Source of the DNA: Sphingomonas sp.
Lineage (GTDB): Bacteria > Pseudomonadota > Alphaproteobacteria > Sphingomonadales > Sphingomonadaceae
DNA length: 64,000 nucleotides
Reading direction: 5' to 3'
NCBI GenBank assembly: GCA_031362355.1
Contig: JANLSJ010000026.1
Location: forward strand, 7,240-71,239
A program made the position numbers and the translations under genes. Every line of letters begins with the position of its first letter. The stretch's first letter is position 1. Below, piece by piece: positions 43,374-52,859 of this stretch. The notes beneath the pieces were generated by a model. That model had not been told where the DNA came from. It saw nothing but the letters and a program-made list of their open reading frames with translations, and made no database searches.

Positions 43374-44438
43374 CTAGTCGAAAATCGCACCCCATTTGCG
43401 CTTGGCGCGGTTTTTCCACGCACCGCGATGATAAGCGTCGCTGGCGAGGAGCGGCATGACAGAACCCGCTTCGGCAAAGACCATCTGTTCGATGCCGGTG
43501 TTGACCTTGCCCCAGCTGGCCGCTTCCTGAAGGGTCGATGAGGAACACGCACCGTCGCGGACGTCTGCAACGGTGATCTGCACGGCATATTTGTGAACCT
43601 GCACATCGTCGTGGCCGAGGATTTCTGCGCAGACAACCGTGTCCTGAATGAAGTTCTTGGGCACGCCGCCGCCGATCATCAGGAGGCCGGTTGTGCCTGC
43701 CTTGATCTTGATGTCAGTCAGTTCGCGAAAATCAGCGATTGCGTCGAGCACCATGCAAGGCTTGCCGGCCTTCGCGCGGTCGACCTGATGCTTGACGAGA
43801 CCGAATCCCGCCGATGAATCGACGAACGCGGGGCAGAAGATCGGCACGTCATGCTCATAAGCGAGCTTGACCAGGCTGTTGTCTTTCTTGCCGTGCTCGA
43901 CGAGATATTTGCCCATTTCGCGGATGAACGCACGGCTCGAATAGGGACGCGGTTCAAGCGTTTCGGCGATTTCGAAGATCGTATGATCGACGTGCTGAAG
44001 CTGTTCCTCGTCGATATAAGTGTCATAGATGCGGTCGATCAGCAACGAACGCAGCGTGTCATCATCGGGCACTTCAAGCGCCTGATAATGCTTGTGACCA
44101 AGCCCTTCAAAGAAATCCATGTCGACGATGGTCGCGCCGGTGGCGACGATGCCGTCGATCATATTCGACCGCAACAGTTCGGCATACAGGTCCATGCACC
44201 CGCCCGCGCTCGTGCTGCCGGCGATGACGAGAAAGATCGAGCAGTCGGGGTCTTCGAGCATCTGGTTATAAATGCCGGTCGCGCGCGCGAGGTCGCGGCT
44301 GGTGAAGCTCATCTTGCCCATTGCATCGATAATCGGCCGCGCGTCAAAGCTGGTGATGTCGATATGTTCGACAGTGGTGGAAAGCAGTTCGGCTTTGCGC
44401 TGGGCGTTGGCTTGTGCGCTTTGGGGGGAGGTGGTCAT
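43374..44438 (-). CDS. Deoxyhypusine-synthase-like protein (SpeY-type, homospermidine pathway)
   Basis: DRIYD, FCPAFVDSS, GGGVPKN, DGACSSS..EAASWGK with the DHS catalytic Lys. Confidence 0.9.
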   Translation of the reverse strand: MTTSPQSAQANAQRKAELLSTTVEHIDITSFDARPIIDAMGKMSFTSRDLARATGIYNQMLEDPDCSIFLVIAGSTSAGGCMDLYAELLRSNMIDGIVATGATIVDMDFFEGLGHKHYQALEVPDDDTLRSLLIDRIYDTYIDEEQLQHVDHTIFEIAETLEPRPYSSRAFIREMGKYLVEHGKKDNSLVKLAYEHDVPIFCPAFVDSSAGFGLVKHQVDRAKAGKPCMVLDAIADFRELTDIKIKAGTTGLLMIGGGVPKNFIQDTVVCAEILGHDDVQVHKYAVQITVADVRDGACSSSTLQEAASWGKVNTGIEQMVFAEAGSVMPLLASDAYHRGAWKNRAKRKWGAIFD

Positions 44439-44462
44439 TTCGAAAGGCTCCTTGTTCCCAAC

Positions 44463-44549
44463 CCGTTGAGGCTGAGTTTGTCGAAGCCCTGCCCTTATCT
44501 TAACTGCCCTCACAGGAAGGCAGCCCTTCGACAAGTTCAGGGCGAACGG
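44463..44549. repeat. Palindromic interspersed repeat (REP/MITE-like)
   Basis: 24-nt imperfect inverted arms CCGTTGAGGCTGAGTTTGTCGAAG and CTTCGACAAGTTCAGGGCGAACGG, 18/24 Watson-Crick, 39-nt spacer. Confidence 0.75.
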
Positions 44550-44568
44550 TATTTGTCGTGGCTTGGCG

Positions 44569-45753
44569 TTACAGCTTGACGACGTTCGACGGCAACCGCT
44601 GTTCGGCCTCGACATAAAGCGAGACCATCGGTTCGTCGGTCACTTCGATACTTTCGACCGAACCGAAGCCGTTGAACCCGGTCCGCATCGCGCAGCCATA
44701 AGCGCCGAGCATACCGATTTCGATGTAATCGCCCGCTTTCGTATCCGCAGGGAGATAGAACGGTCCGGCCATGTGATCCATGTCGTCGCAAGTCGGCCCG
44801 TAAAAGCTGAACGCCATGTCTTTCGCGTTCGAATCGGGCTCGCGCAGGAGCTCGACCGGAAAACGCCAGCCGATGTGCGCGGCATCGAACAAGGCGCCAT
44901 AGGCACCGTCGTTGATGTACAGTTCTTCGCCTCTACGCTTTTCGACGCGGACGATGAGCGACGAATATTCTGCGCACAACGCACGACCGGGTTCGCACCA
45001 CAGTTCGGACGAGTAGCTCACTGGCAGATCCTCGAAGCATTTGTGGATGACGTCGAAAAACACTTCGAGCGGGGGTGGCTCCATGCCGGGATAGCTCGAC
45101 GGAAACCCGCCGCCGACATCGACGACGTCGACTGTAACACCCGCATCGACAATCGCTGCGCGGACACGCTGCATGGCTTCGGAATAAGCGGCAGGCGACA
45201 TGGCCTGGCTGCCGACGTGGAAGCAGATGCCGAGCGCATCGGCAAGCTGGCGCGTTGCGATGAGAAGTTGACGTACTTCATGCGGTTCGGCTCCGAACTT
45301 CGAAGCGAGACTGAGCTTTGAATGCTCCGACGATACGCGGAGACGGACGCATAGCGTCAGATCGGTCGCGCTCTTGGTCGCACGTTCGATCTTTTCAAGT
45401 TCTTCCATCGTGTCCAGCGAGAATGTGCGGACGCCATGCTCGAAATAGGCTTCGGCAATCGCTTCCTCAGCCTTCACCGGGTGCATGAAGCACAAAGTCG
45501 CCTGCGGGAGCGTGCGCGCGACGAGGCGAACCTCGGCAATCGAAGCGACATCATAATGCGTAATGCCGCTGTCCCAAAGGACCGTTAGCAGATCGGGTGA
45601 CGGATTCGCCTTGACGGCATAAATCGATCGCCCAGGAAACTTCTCGACAAAGAAGCGGGCGGCGCGCTGTGCTGCGTGCGGGCGAAGAAGCGTAACCGGC
45701 TGGACCGGTTTCAGGGACGTTGCTAGCCCCAGCGCGTTATGATGTTTGTGCAA
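44569..45753 (-). CDS. Ornithine/lysine decarboxylase, alanine-racemase fold
   Basis: YAVKANP PLP lysine, SKFG, FHVGSQ, DVGGGF, EPGR, GPTCD, GAY; TTG start with GGAGG SD. Confidence 0.92.
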   Translation of the reverse strand: MHKHHNALGLATSLKPVQPVTLLRPHAAQRAARFFVEKFPGRSIYAVKANPSPDLLTVLWDSGITHYDVASIAEVRLVARTLPQATLCFMHPVKAEEAIAEAYFEHGVRTFSLDTMEELEKIERATKSATDLTLCVRLRVSSEHSKLSLASKFGAEPHEVRQLLIATRQLADALGICFHVGSQAMSPAAYSEAMQRVRAAIVDAGVTVDVVDVGGGFPSSYPGMEPPPLEVFFDVIHKCFEDLPVSYSSELWCEPGRALCAEYSSLIVRVEKRRGEELYINDGAYGALFDAAHIGWRFPVELLREPDSNAKDMAFSFYGPTCDDMDHMAGPFYLPADTKAGDYIEIGMLGAYGCAMRTGFNGFGSVESIEVTDEPMVSLYVEAEQRLPSNVVKL

Positions 45754-45871
45754 TTCAAGGGACCTCCAAATGGCTTGCGCCGGTCGTTGAGCTGCCTTGC
45801 GGTTGGAAGTCCCATGGGGCAGCGGGAAGCGCGCACTTATGCAGCGCGAAGGTTGATGTAAAGTGTAATAT

Positions 45872-46867
45872 ATGCGGACCATCTTAGAATTATCATCAAG
45901 GGATCAAAACTTGCGAAATCCAACGGTAGAAGGTGTGGATAATGCGGCAAAATCCATAGCCGCCATTTTGCCGCCGTCACCCTTGTTCGACATTGAAATC
46001 AACGGTGTCACTGTTTTCGCCAAGGCCGAATCGTTGCAGCCGATCGGCGCTTTCAAAATACGCGGCGCGTGGCACCGGTTGTCGTCACTTTCAGAGACAG
46101 AGCGCGCGCAGGGCGTTGTTGCTTTTTCGTCGGGAAACCATGCGCAGGGCGTTGCGTGGGCGGCGCGCGAGTTGGGCATTGCCGCAACAATCGTGATGCC
46201 GCGTGACGCACCCGATGCCAAGATTCGCCGGACCCGCGATCTTGGCGCCACTGTCGTGCTCTATGACCGGTTGATGGAAAGCCGCGAAGCCATTGCAAAA
46301 GACCTGGCCGACCGGACAGGCGCGACAATCGTGCCGCCGTTCGCTGATCCCTGGGTAATCGAGGGGCAAGGGAGCGTCGGTATCGAGGCCATCGAACAGC
46401 TCGCCGCCAGAGGCATTGATTCACCTGATCTGGTAGTGGCCTGCTGTGGCGGTGGTGGACTGGCCTCAGGATTGGCGCTGGCCTGTCCCGATGCCGCAAT
46501 GGTCACCGTCGAGCCTGAGGGATGGGACGACATGGCCCGCTCGCTCGCGGGTGGTGCGCTCGTTGCCGTTACCGACCCGAGCGTTCCCACGGCGTGCGAC
46601 GCCCTGATGACGATTGTCGCCTCGCCGCTCACATTCGACATTCTCCACGCGCGCGGTGCCACTGGCGTAACGGTTTCGCCGTCCGAAGTTGAAGACGCAA
46701 TCCGCTTTGCTTTTAGACATCTTCGATTGGTTTTGGAGCCCGGCGGTGCGGTGGCGCTCGCTGCAATGATGAGTGGCAAGGTCACACCGACGCAGCGGAC
46801 CCTGATCACATTGTCTGGCGGCAATATCGATGCGGCGCAGTTTGCAGCAATCTTGACGCGGTCATGA
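45872..46867 (+). CDS. Serine/threonine dehydratase-like PLP enzyme
   Basis: GAFKIRG, SSGNHAQG, GGGGL, LSGGN; start uncertain. Confidence 0.88.
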   Translation: MRTILELSSRDQNLRNPTVEGVDNAAKSIAAILPPSPLFDIEINGVTVFAKAESLQPIGAFKIRGAWHRLSSLSETERAQGVVAFSSGNHAQGVAWAARELGIAATIVMPRDAPDAKIRRTRDLGATVVLYDRLMESREAIAKDLADRTGATIVPPFADPWVIEGQGSVGIEAIEQLAARGIDSPDLVVACCGGGGLASGLALACPDAAMVTVEPEGWDDMARSLAGGALVAVTDPSVPTACDALMTIVASPLTFDILHARGATGVTVSPSEVEDAIRFAFRHLRLVLEPGGAVALAAMMSGKVTPTQRTLITLSGGNIDAAQFAAILTRS

Positions 46868-47025
46868 TAGGTTTGCTGTTGATGGCGGTGGCCATGATCG
46901 GTGCAACGGCTCTGGCTTGGGGCGGATTTACCCTTGTCCGCACAAGGCGGGATACCAGACGGGGGTGGTTGATGATTGTCGCAGCCGCCGTTGTCGTCGG
47001 AAACGTGCTTATCCTGACAGTTTAA
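46864..47025 (+). CDS. Small two-helix membrane protein (53 aa), not in ORF track
   Basis: ATGA overlap with upstream stop; MIGLLLMAVAMIGATALAWGGFTLVRTRRDTRRGWLMIVAAAVVVGNVLILTV. Confidence 0.7.
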   Translation: MIGLLLMAVAMIGATALAWGGFTLVRTRRDTRRGWLMIVAAAVVVGNVLILTV

Positions 47026-47486
47026 CGATCCGGCAGATTGTCGAAGGTCCGGCGGATTTCCTTCAAGGTTTCGGTCGTGATGTGCAGATCGGCGTGGTCG
47101 AACTCCGACATAATTTCGGTGATATCGGGCGCGACATCGGCAATGGCTTCAGCATGTTTTGCGCGGCCGGCTTCGGTGACGAAGACACATTCGAAACCAT
47201 CGACCCAATCGATCTCGACCAGTCGACGGGCCGCTAACTCTGAGACCGTAGCGCGCACGGCAGCGGTTTCGACTTGAAAACACCACGCCAGCGTTTGCAG
47301 CTTCTCTGAATCTTTACCAAGCCGGACGAAATAGTTGAGAACGGCAAAATCGACGGACCGCAGATCGGCAAAATGCTGGGGCTCGAAGCGCTGGCGGACA
47401 AGATGCTCAAGGATTGCGATTTCGGTAAACAGGTCGAGATACAACCGCTTGGTGCTTTCATCATAGGCAAGCGCGTGATCGGCCAT
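47022..47486 (-). CDS. MarR-like winged-helix regulator
   Basis: FAVLNYF, helix-turn-helix region, VFVTEAGR wing motif. Confidence 0.75.
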   Translation of the reverse strand: MADHALAYDESTKRLYLDLFTEIAILEHLVRQRFEPQHFADLRSVDFAVLNYFVRLGKDSEKLQTLAWCFQVETAAVRATVSELAARRLVEIDWVDGFECVFVTEAGRAKHAEAIADVAPDITEIMSEFDHADLHITTETLKEIRRTFDNLPDR

Positions 47487-47496
47487 GTCTAATTCC

Positions 47497-48153
47497 TTAC
47501 CGTATCGGCGAATCTGGCGCGAGGCGCATGTCGAGGTAGCGGTCCACCGAACTCATTAGCTCGGCCTGTTCATGTTCAAAGAAATGATTTGCACCGCGGA
47601 TTTCATCATGATGGATCGTAATGTGGCGCTGCGTGCGGAGTTTATCAACGAGCTTTTGAACCGCGTTCGGCGTGACCACTTCATCGCCCGTGCCCTGAAT
47701 GATGATCCCTGACGAGGGGCAGGGCGCGAGGAAGGTGAAGTCATACATGTTCGCAGGCGGCGCGATTGAAATAAAACCCTTGATCTCGGGACGTCGCATC
47801 AGGAGCTGCATGCCAATCCACGCACCGAAACTAAACCCGGCGATCCACGTCGTTTGTGCCTCAGGGTGGATCGACTGGACCCAATCAAGCGCCGACGCGG
47901 CATCGGAGAGTTCACCAACGCCATTGTCGAACACGCCCTGCGATTTGCCGACACCACGGAAATTGAAGCGCAGCGTCGCAAAACCCCGGCGGGTAAATGT
48001 CTGATAAAGTGACTGGACGATGCGGTTGTTCATCGTGCCGCCGCCTTGCGGATGCGGGTGTAAGATCATGGCAACAGGCGCGCGCGGACGCGGTCCGGGA
48101 TTGAAACGACCTTCAAGGCGACCTTCCGGCCCCGGAAAAATAACTTCGGGCAT
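47497..48153 (-). CDS. Alpha/beta hydrolase (usual iscS neighbour in alphaproteobacteria)
   Basis: HPHPQGGGTMNN, RFNFRG, GFSFG nucleophile elbow, ANHFF. Confidence 0.9.
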   Translation of the reverse strand: MPEVIFPGPEGRLEGRFNPGPRPRAPVAMILHPHPQGGGTMNNRIVQSLYQTFTRRGFATLRFNFRGVGKSQGVFDNGVGELSDAASALDWVQSIHPEAQTTWIAGFSFGAWIGMQLLMRRPEIKGFISIAPPANMYDFTFLAPCPSSGIIIQGTGDEVVTPNAVQKLVDKLRTQRHITIHHDEIRGANHFFEHEQAELMSSVDRYLDMRLAPDSPIR

Positions 48154-48260
48154 GGGCACTTTCTGTAAAACTAGGGCGCGCGTTGCGTATGTCGCGCGTT
48201 GCGGTCGCCGCCTATATAGGCAAGGAGGCGTTTAGAGCAACGATTACGGACACCGACGAA

Positions 48261-49325
48261 TTGGCCGACAGGCTTTATCTTGATCATGCCGCGACAACGC
48301 CGGTTTTGGCAGTCGCGCGGGCTGCCGTTACTGATGGTTTTGCGCGCTGGGCTAATCCGTCTTCACCGCATGCCGAGGGGCGAGCAGCGCGCGCCGCGCT
48401 TGAGGATTGCCGCGATCGAATAAAGGCAGCGCTTGATTGGGAAGGCGAGGTGCTGTTCACGAGCGGTTCGACGGAGGCCATTGCGATTGCGCTGAGTCGG
48501 ACGGATACCGATGCCGTGCTCGCAAGTTCGGTCGAGCATGATGCAGTTCACCGGGTTGTGCCCGATGCATATATTATTCCTGTCGGTAATGACGGGCTGG
48601 TCGCCCACGATTCGCTGGTCGGGCGATTGGGCGCTTTGAGCGCGCGTAGGCCCTTGGTTGCGATTCAATCGGTCAACAACGAAACTGGGGTTCAGCAGTC
48701 GCTTGGCGTGCTTGCAGGGGTCGTGCGGGCCGCCAAGGGTATTTTATTTGTCGATGCGTCGCAGTCTGCGGGGAAGGTATCACTGCCCAATGCTGACCTC
48801 ATTGCAATTTCGGCGCATAAGTTCGCTGGGCCGCCCGGTGTCGGCGCCCTGCTGGTCCGCGATCTCGGATTGTTGACCGCAAGTGGCGGGCAAGAGCGTG
48901 GATATCGCCCCGGAACCGAAAATCTGCCGGGCGCGCTCGGCATGGCCGCCGCACTTGAAGCACCGCGCGGGTGGCTGGAGCGGGCCGTTGACCTGCGTTC
49001 GCATCTTGATGCCGCCATTGAGGCAGCCGGAGGACAGGTCGTCGCAAAGGGTAGTGCGCGGCTGGCCACAATTGCCAGCTACCGGATGCCCGGCGTCGCA
49101 TCGTCGGCGCAACTTATTCAATTCGATATGGCCGGCATCGCTATCTCTGCGGGGAGCGCCTGTTCGTCGGGAAGTCTGAAACCAAGCCATGTCCTTGCCG
49201 CGATGGGATGGGCTGAATCCGAAGCCAGCGAAGTTATCCGCGTGTCGTTCGGACCCGAGACCACGCGCGCCGACGTCTATCGGTTTATCGAAGCGTGGAA
49301 GCGCATCGCAGGCCGCGCCGGATGA
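48261..49325 (+). CDS. Cysteine desulfurase (NifS/IscS family)
   Basis: YLDHAATT, SAHKF PLP lysine, SAGSACSSG catalytic Cys; TTG start. Confidence 0.9.
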   Translation: MADRLYLDHAATTPVLAVARAAVTDGFARWANPSSPHAEGRAARAALEDCRDRIKAALDWEGEVLFTSGSTEAIAIALSRTDTDAVLASSVEHDAVHRVVPDAYIIPVGNDGLVAHDSLVGRLGALSARRPLVAIQSVNNETGVQQSLGVLAGVVRAAKGILFVDASQSAGKVSLPNADLIAISAHKFAGPPGVGALLVRDLGLLTASGGQERGYRPGTENLPGALGMAAALEAPRGWLERAVDLRSHLDAAIEAAGGQVVAKGSARLATIASYRMPGVASSAQLIQFDMAGIAISAGSACSSGSLKPSHVLAAMGWAESEASEVIRVSFGPETTRADVYRFIEAWKRIAGRAG

Positions 49326-50413
49326 TCTATCTCGACTATCAAGCCACGACACCGCTCGCTCCCGAAGCGCGCGAGGCGATGTTGCCGTGGCTGTCCCCCG
49401 ATGGATCCGCGAATCCGCATTCGTCGCATGTTGCGGGCCGCGCGGCAAAGGCTGTTATCGAGTTGGCGCGAGAGCAGGTGGCGGCGTTGCTGCCGTCAGG
49501 TGGACGATTGTATTTTACCAGCGGTGCGACCGAGGCGGCAAACTGGGCGATTCAGGGGATGGGGAAGGGTGGCATTGCCCTGCCCGATACCGAACATGCC
49601 TGCGTTCGCGACACTGCATTGGCGATGCAGGCGCGCGGTCACGACGTCACGTTGCAGCCTGTGGATGTTGGCGGTCTGGTGGAAGCGGATGCACTGATTT
49701 CGGACGGCACTGCACTGGTCTCTGCAATGCTGGTCAATAATGAAATCGGCGTCATCCAGCCCGTCGAAGCGCTCGCCAAATCTGCCCATGAAGCGGGCGC
49801 ATTGTTCCTTTGCGATGCCGTGCAGGGCTATGGCCGGATGCGCATTCCCGATGGCTGTGACCTGATTGCGATCAGCGCGCATAAAATACACGGTCCAAAA
49901 GGCATCGGCGCGCTCTGGGTTCGGGATGGCTTGGCTCTCGAACCGTTGATGTATGGCGGCGGACAGGAAGGCGGTCAGCGTTCCGGCACCCTTTCGCCCG
50001 CGCTTTGTGCTGGCTTTGGTACGGCAGCGGCATTGGCAGCGACGAGATTGGCCGAAGATCGTATCCATGTCGAACGGCTTTGGGACTGCGCCGTCGCGCA
50101 ACTGGGAACGGGCTGGGTGATCAACGGATCTGTGGTGCAACGCTACAAGGGCAATCTCAACATCCGGCGTGATGGTCTGGACGCCGGTCGGGTCATTTCC
50201 GAGCTGCGAGGTGTGGCGTTATCGGCTGGATCGGCGTGCGCGAGCGGGTCCGGGCGGCCAAGCCATGTGCTGACGGCGCTGGGGCTGTCGCGTGCCGAAA
50301 CGCGGTCGAGCATTCGTATCGGGTTTGGACGTTACACGACCGAACATGAACTCGCAGAAGCCATCGACCGGATCGTCGAGGCGGCCGACCGGCAACTGGA
50401 TATGGCGGCATGA
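49322..50413 (+). CDS. Cysteine desulfurase (second paralogue)
   Basis: YLDYQATTP, SAHKIHGPKG, RSGT, SAGSACASG. Confidence 0.92.
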   Translation: MIYLDYQATTPLAPEAREAMLPWLSPDGSANPHSSHVAGRAAKAVIELAREQVAALLPSGGRLYFTSGATEAANWAIQGMGKGGIALPDTEHACVRDTALAMQARGHDVTLQPVDVGGLVEADALISDGTALVSAMLVNNEIGVIQPVEALAKSAHEAGALFLCDAVQGYGRMRIPDGCDLIAISAHKIHGPKGIGALWVRDGLALEPLMYGGGQEGGQRSGTLSPALCAGFGTAAALAATRLAEDRIHVERLWDCAVAQLGTGWVINGSVVQRYKGNLNIRRDGLDAGRVISELRGVALSAGSACASGSGRPSHVLTALGLSRAETRSSIRIGFGRYTTEHELAEAIDRIVEAADRQLDMAA

Positions 50414-50745
50414 TTCGGGTTCGGTTCACCAATGCAGACGGGACGGAAACGCGCGACGTAAACGCCAATACGGGTGATCGCCTGCTGGAAGTCGCGCAAA
50501 ATGATGGCCAACCACTTGAGGGCACCTGCGAGGGGCAGATGGCCTGCTCGACCTGTCATGTCATTGTTGCCATGGAGGATTTCGGTCGATTGCCAGCGGC
50601 GCGCGAAGAGGAGGAGGATATGCTTGACCTCGCCACCGGGGCGACAAGAACCAGTCGACTTGCGTGCCAAATCATCCTGACCGAAGCAATGGACGGCCTG
50701 ACCGTGCGCATCCCGCCCGAAAGCCGGAACATGCAGGGCCGTTGA
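50410..50745 (+). CDS. 2Fe-2S ferredoxin, adrenodoxin type
   Basis: CEGQMACSTCH...SRLACQ. Confidence 0.93.
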   Translation: MIRVRFTNADGTETRDVNANTGDRLLEVAQNDGQPLEGTCEGQMACSTCHVIVAMEDFGRLPAAREEEEDMLDLATGATRTSRLACQIILTEAMDGLTVRIPPESRNMQGR

Positions 50746-50777
50746 TTCGGAAGCCGCTTTGCACCATATGCCGATGC

Positions 50778-50869
50778 GGAAGTCGGGCGGACGGTGCTCT
50801 CGCCAACCTGGTCAGATCCGGAAGGAAGCAGCCACAACGAATTCGCCCCGGGTCGTTCCGGCTTCCACC
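50778..50869 (+). ncRNA. ffs: Signal recognition particle RNA (4.5S)
   Basis: Domain IV GTCAGATCCGGAAGGAAGCAGC, complementary ends GGAAGTCGG / CCGGCTTCC, directly upstream of dnaX. Confidence 0.93.
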
Positions 50870-50967
50870 GCGAACCGATCTTCGATCGCTTAGCGTGGCG
50901 GACAAAGCAAAGCTTTGATCCACGTCACGGCTTTGCCGGGACGCAATCACCCGCTAGACCACCCGTA

Positions 50968-52539
50968 ATGACTTCAGCCCAACCCTACCGCGTCCTCGCC
51001 CGCAAATACCGCCCGCAGACTTTCGCCGAACTCATCGGTCAGGACGCGATGGTGACGACGCTGGGCAATGCCATCAAGCGCGACCGGTTGGCGCATGCGT
51101 TTCTTCTGACCGGTGTGCGTGGGGTGGGGAAAACCTCAACCGCGCGCCTCATCGCCAAGGCACTGAACTGCATCGGGCTGGACGGGCAGAGCGGGCCGAC
51201 GATTGATCCTTGTGGCACCTGCGAACCATGCGTCGCAATTGCCGAGGGGCGTCACATCGACGTCGTCGAAATGGATGCCGCATCGAACACAGGCGTCGAT
51301 GACGTCCGCGAAATTATTGAGGCCGTGCGTTATTCGGCGGTTTCGGCGCGCTACAAGGTTTATATCGTCGACGAAGTTCACATGCTGTCTAAGAATGCCT
51401 TCAATGCGCTTTTGAAAACATTGGAAGAACCGCCGCCGCATGTAAAATTTCTGTTCGCGACGACCGAGGTGAACAAGGTGCCGGTCACTGTGCTGTCGCG
51501 GTGCCAAAGGTTCGATCTGCGGCGCATTGCGGTTGATACATTGGCGGCGCATTTCGCGATGGTATCCAACGCAGAATCGGTAAGCGCCGAACCCGAAGCA
51601 TTGGCACTAATCGCGCGAGCCGCCGAAGGGTCGGTTCGTGACGGCCTCTCGATTCTCGACCAAGCGATTGCGCATGCTGATCTCGACAGCGGCGGCACGG
51701 TGACAGCATCTCAGGTGCGCGACATGCTCGGCCTTTCCGACCGGGGTGCGCTCAGGCGCTTGTTTGCAATGATGTTGGCAGGCGAGGGGCCACCAGTGCT
51801 CGCAGCCCTTGCCGAACAACGCGACCTAGGTGTCGATCCAGCGGCCGTGTTACGCGGTTTGCTCGACATTGTTCATGCCACAACACGGATGAAAGTCGGT
51901 GCGCCCGATGATGCGGCGCAGTCGGACGAGGAGCGCGGTGCACTTGGCGAGTGGGCCACAAAAATGTCGTTCGCCACGCTCCACCGTCTCTGGCAGTTGC
52001 TGCTGAAAGGGCATGACGAGGTCGCGCGGGCATTTGATCCGGCGGAAGCCGCCGATATGGCCGTTTTGCGGGTTATTCATGCCTCGACGATGCCTGATCC
52101 GGGTGAATTGGCAAGGATGATCGCAAGCGGCGCACCAAACGCGGCGGCTCCACTGGCAACACCGACGGCGCCCAACTTTCCCGACAGTTTTTCGGCGATG
52201 ATTGCTTTGGTAGAGAAACAGGGGAAGCATTTGCTTGCCCAAAGGCTCCGCGATGAAGTTGGCGAGATCAGTTACGCGCCACCCGAAATGGCGATCCGCC
52301 CCGCGCGCCCGTTCGACACACGCGAATTGGCGCAAGTTTTGAATGAAGCAACCGGCGTCGTCTGGACCGTGACAAGCGAGGACGCACCCGCCAAACCATC
52401 GCTGCGCGATCAGGAACTCGCAACCGAAGCCGCCGCGCGCGACGCCATCCTTTCTGACCCGATTGTGCATGCGGCAATCGAACATTTTCCCGGTGCCGAG
52501 CTCGTGGGCTGGTCCGAAGAACGGAGTATAAATTCATGA
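50968..52539 (+). CDS. dnaX: DNA polymerase III gamma/tau subunit
   Basis: LARKYRP, GVRGVGKT, DEVHML, SRCQRF. Confidence 0.97.
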   Translation: MTSAQPYRVLARKYRPQTFAELIGQDAMVTTLGNAIKRDRLAHAFLLTGVRGVGKTSTARLIAKALNCIGLDGQSGPTIDPCGTCEPCVAIAEGRHIDVVEMDAASNTGVDDVREIIEAVRYSAVSARYKVYIVDEVHMLSKNAFNALLKTLEEPPPHVKFLFATTEVNKVPVTVLSRCQRFDLRRIAVDTLAAHFAMVSNAESVSAEPEALALIARAAEGSVRDGLSILDQAIAHADLDSGGTVTASQVRDMLGLSDRGALRRLFAMMLAGEGPPVLAALAEQRDLGVDPAAVLRGLLDIVHATTRMKVGAPDDAAQSDEERGALGEWATKMSFATLHRLWQLLLKGHDEVARAFDPAEAADMAVLRVIHASTMPDPGELARMIASGAPNAAAPLATPTAPNFPDSFSAMIALVEKQGKHLLAQRLRDEVGEISYAPPEMAIRPARPFDTRELAQVLNEATGVVWTVTSEDAPAKPSLRDQELATEAAARDAILSDPIVHAAIEHFPGAELVGWSEERSINS

Positions 52540-52859
52540 AATCAATTGATGATATTCTCAAGATGGCTGCCAATGTTCAGGAAGAGCTGACCAAGGCGCA
52601 GGCAAGCCTTGACACTATCGAAGTCGAAGGTGTTTCGGGCGGGGGTATGGTCAAGGTCAAGGCTACCGCCAAGGGCCGCATCCTCGGCGTCAGCATCGAC
52701 GATTCGCTGATGGACGTGAGCGAAAAATTGATCCTTGAGGACTTGGTCACGGCCGCGTTCAACGATGCACGGACCAAGGCCGATGCAATTTCGGGTCAGG
52801 AAATGGGCAAGATGACGTCGGGTCTGCAATTGCCGCCGGGGTTCAAGCTACCTTTTTAA
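52536..52859 (+). CDS. ybaB: YbaB/EbfC nucleoid-associated protein
   Basis: GGGMVKV, LEDLVTAAFNDA, LPPGFKLPF; follows dnaX. Confidence 0.93.
   Translation: MKSIDDILKMAANVQEELTKAQASLDTIEVEGVSGGGMVKVKATAKGRILGVSIDDSLMDVSEKLILEDLVTAAFNDARTKADAISGQEMGKMTSGLQLPPGFKLPF

Noticed and set aside
44439-44615. 59-aa N-terminal extension of the DHS-like protein
   Set aside because: Read-through of the palindromic repeat; GGAG SD precedes ATG 44438
50968-52539. Programmed frameshift in dnaX
   Set aside because: No A-AAA-AAG or long A-run slippery site seen
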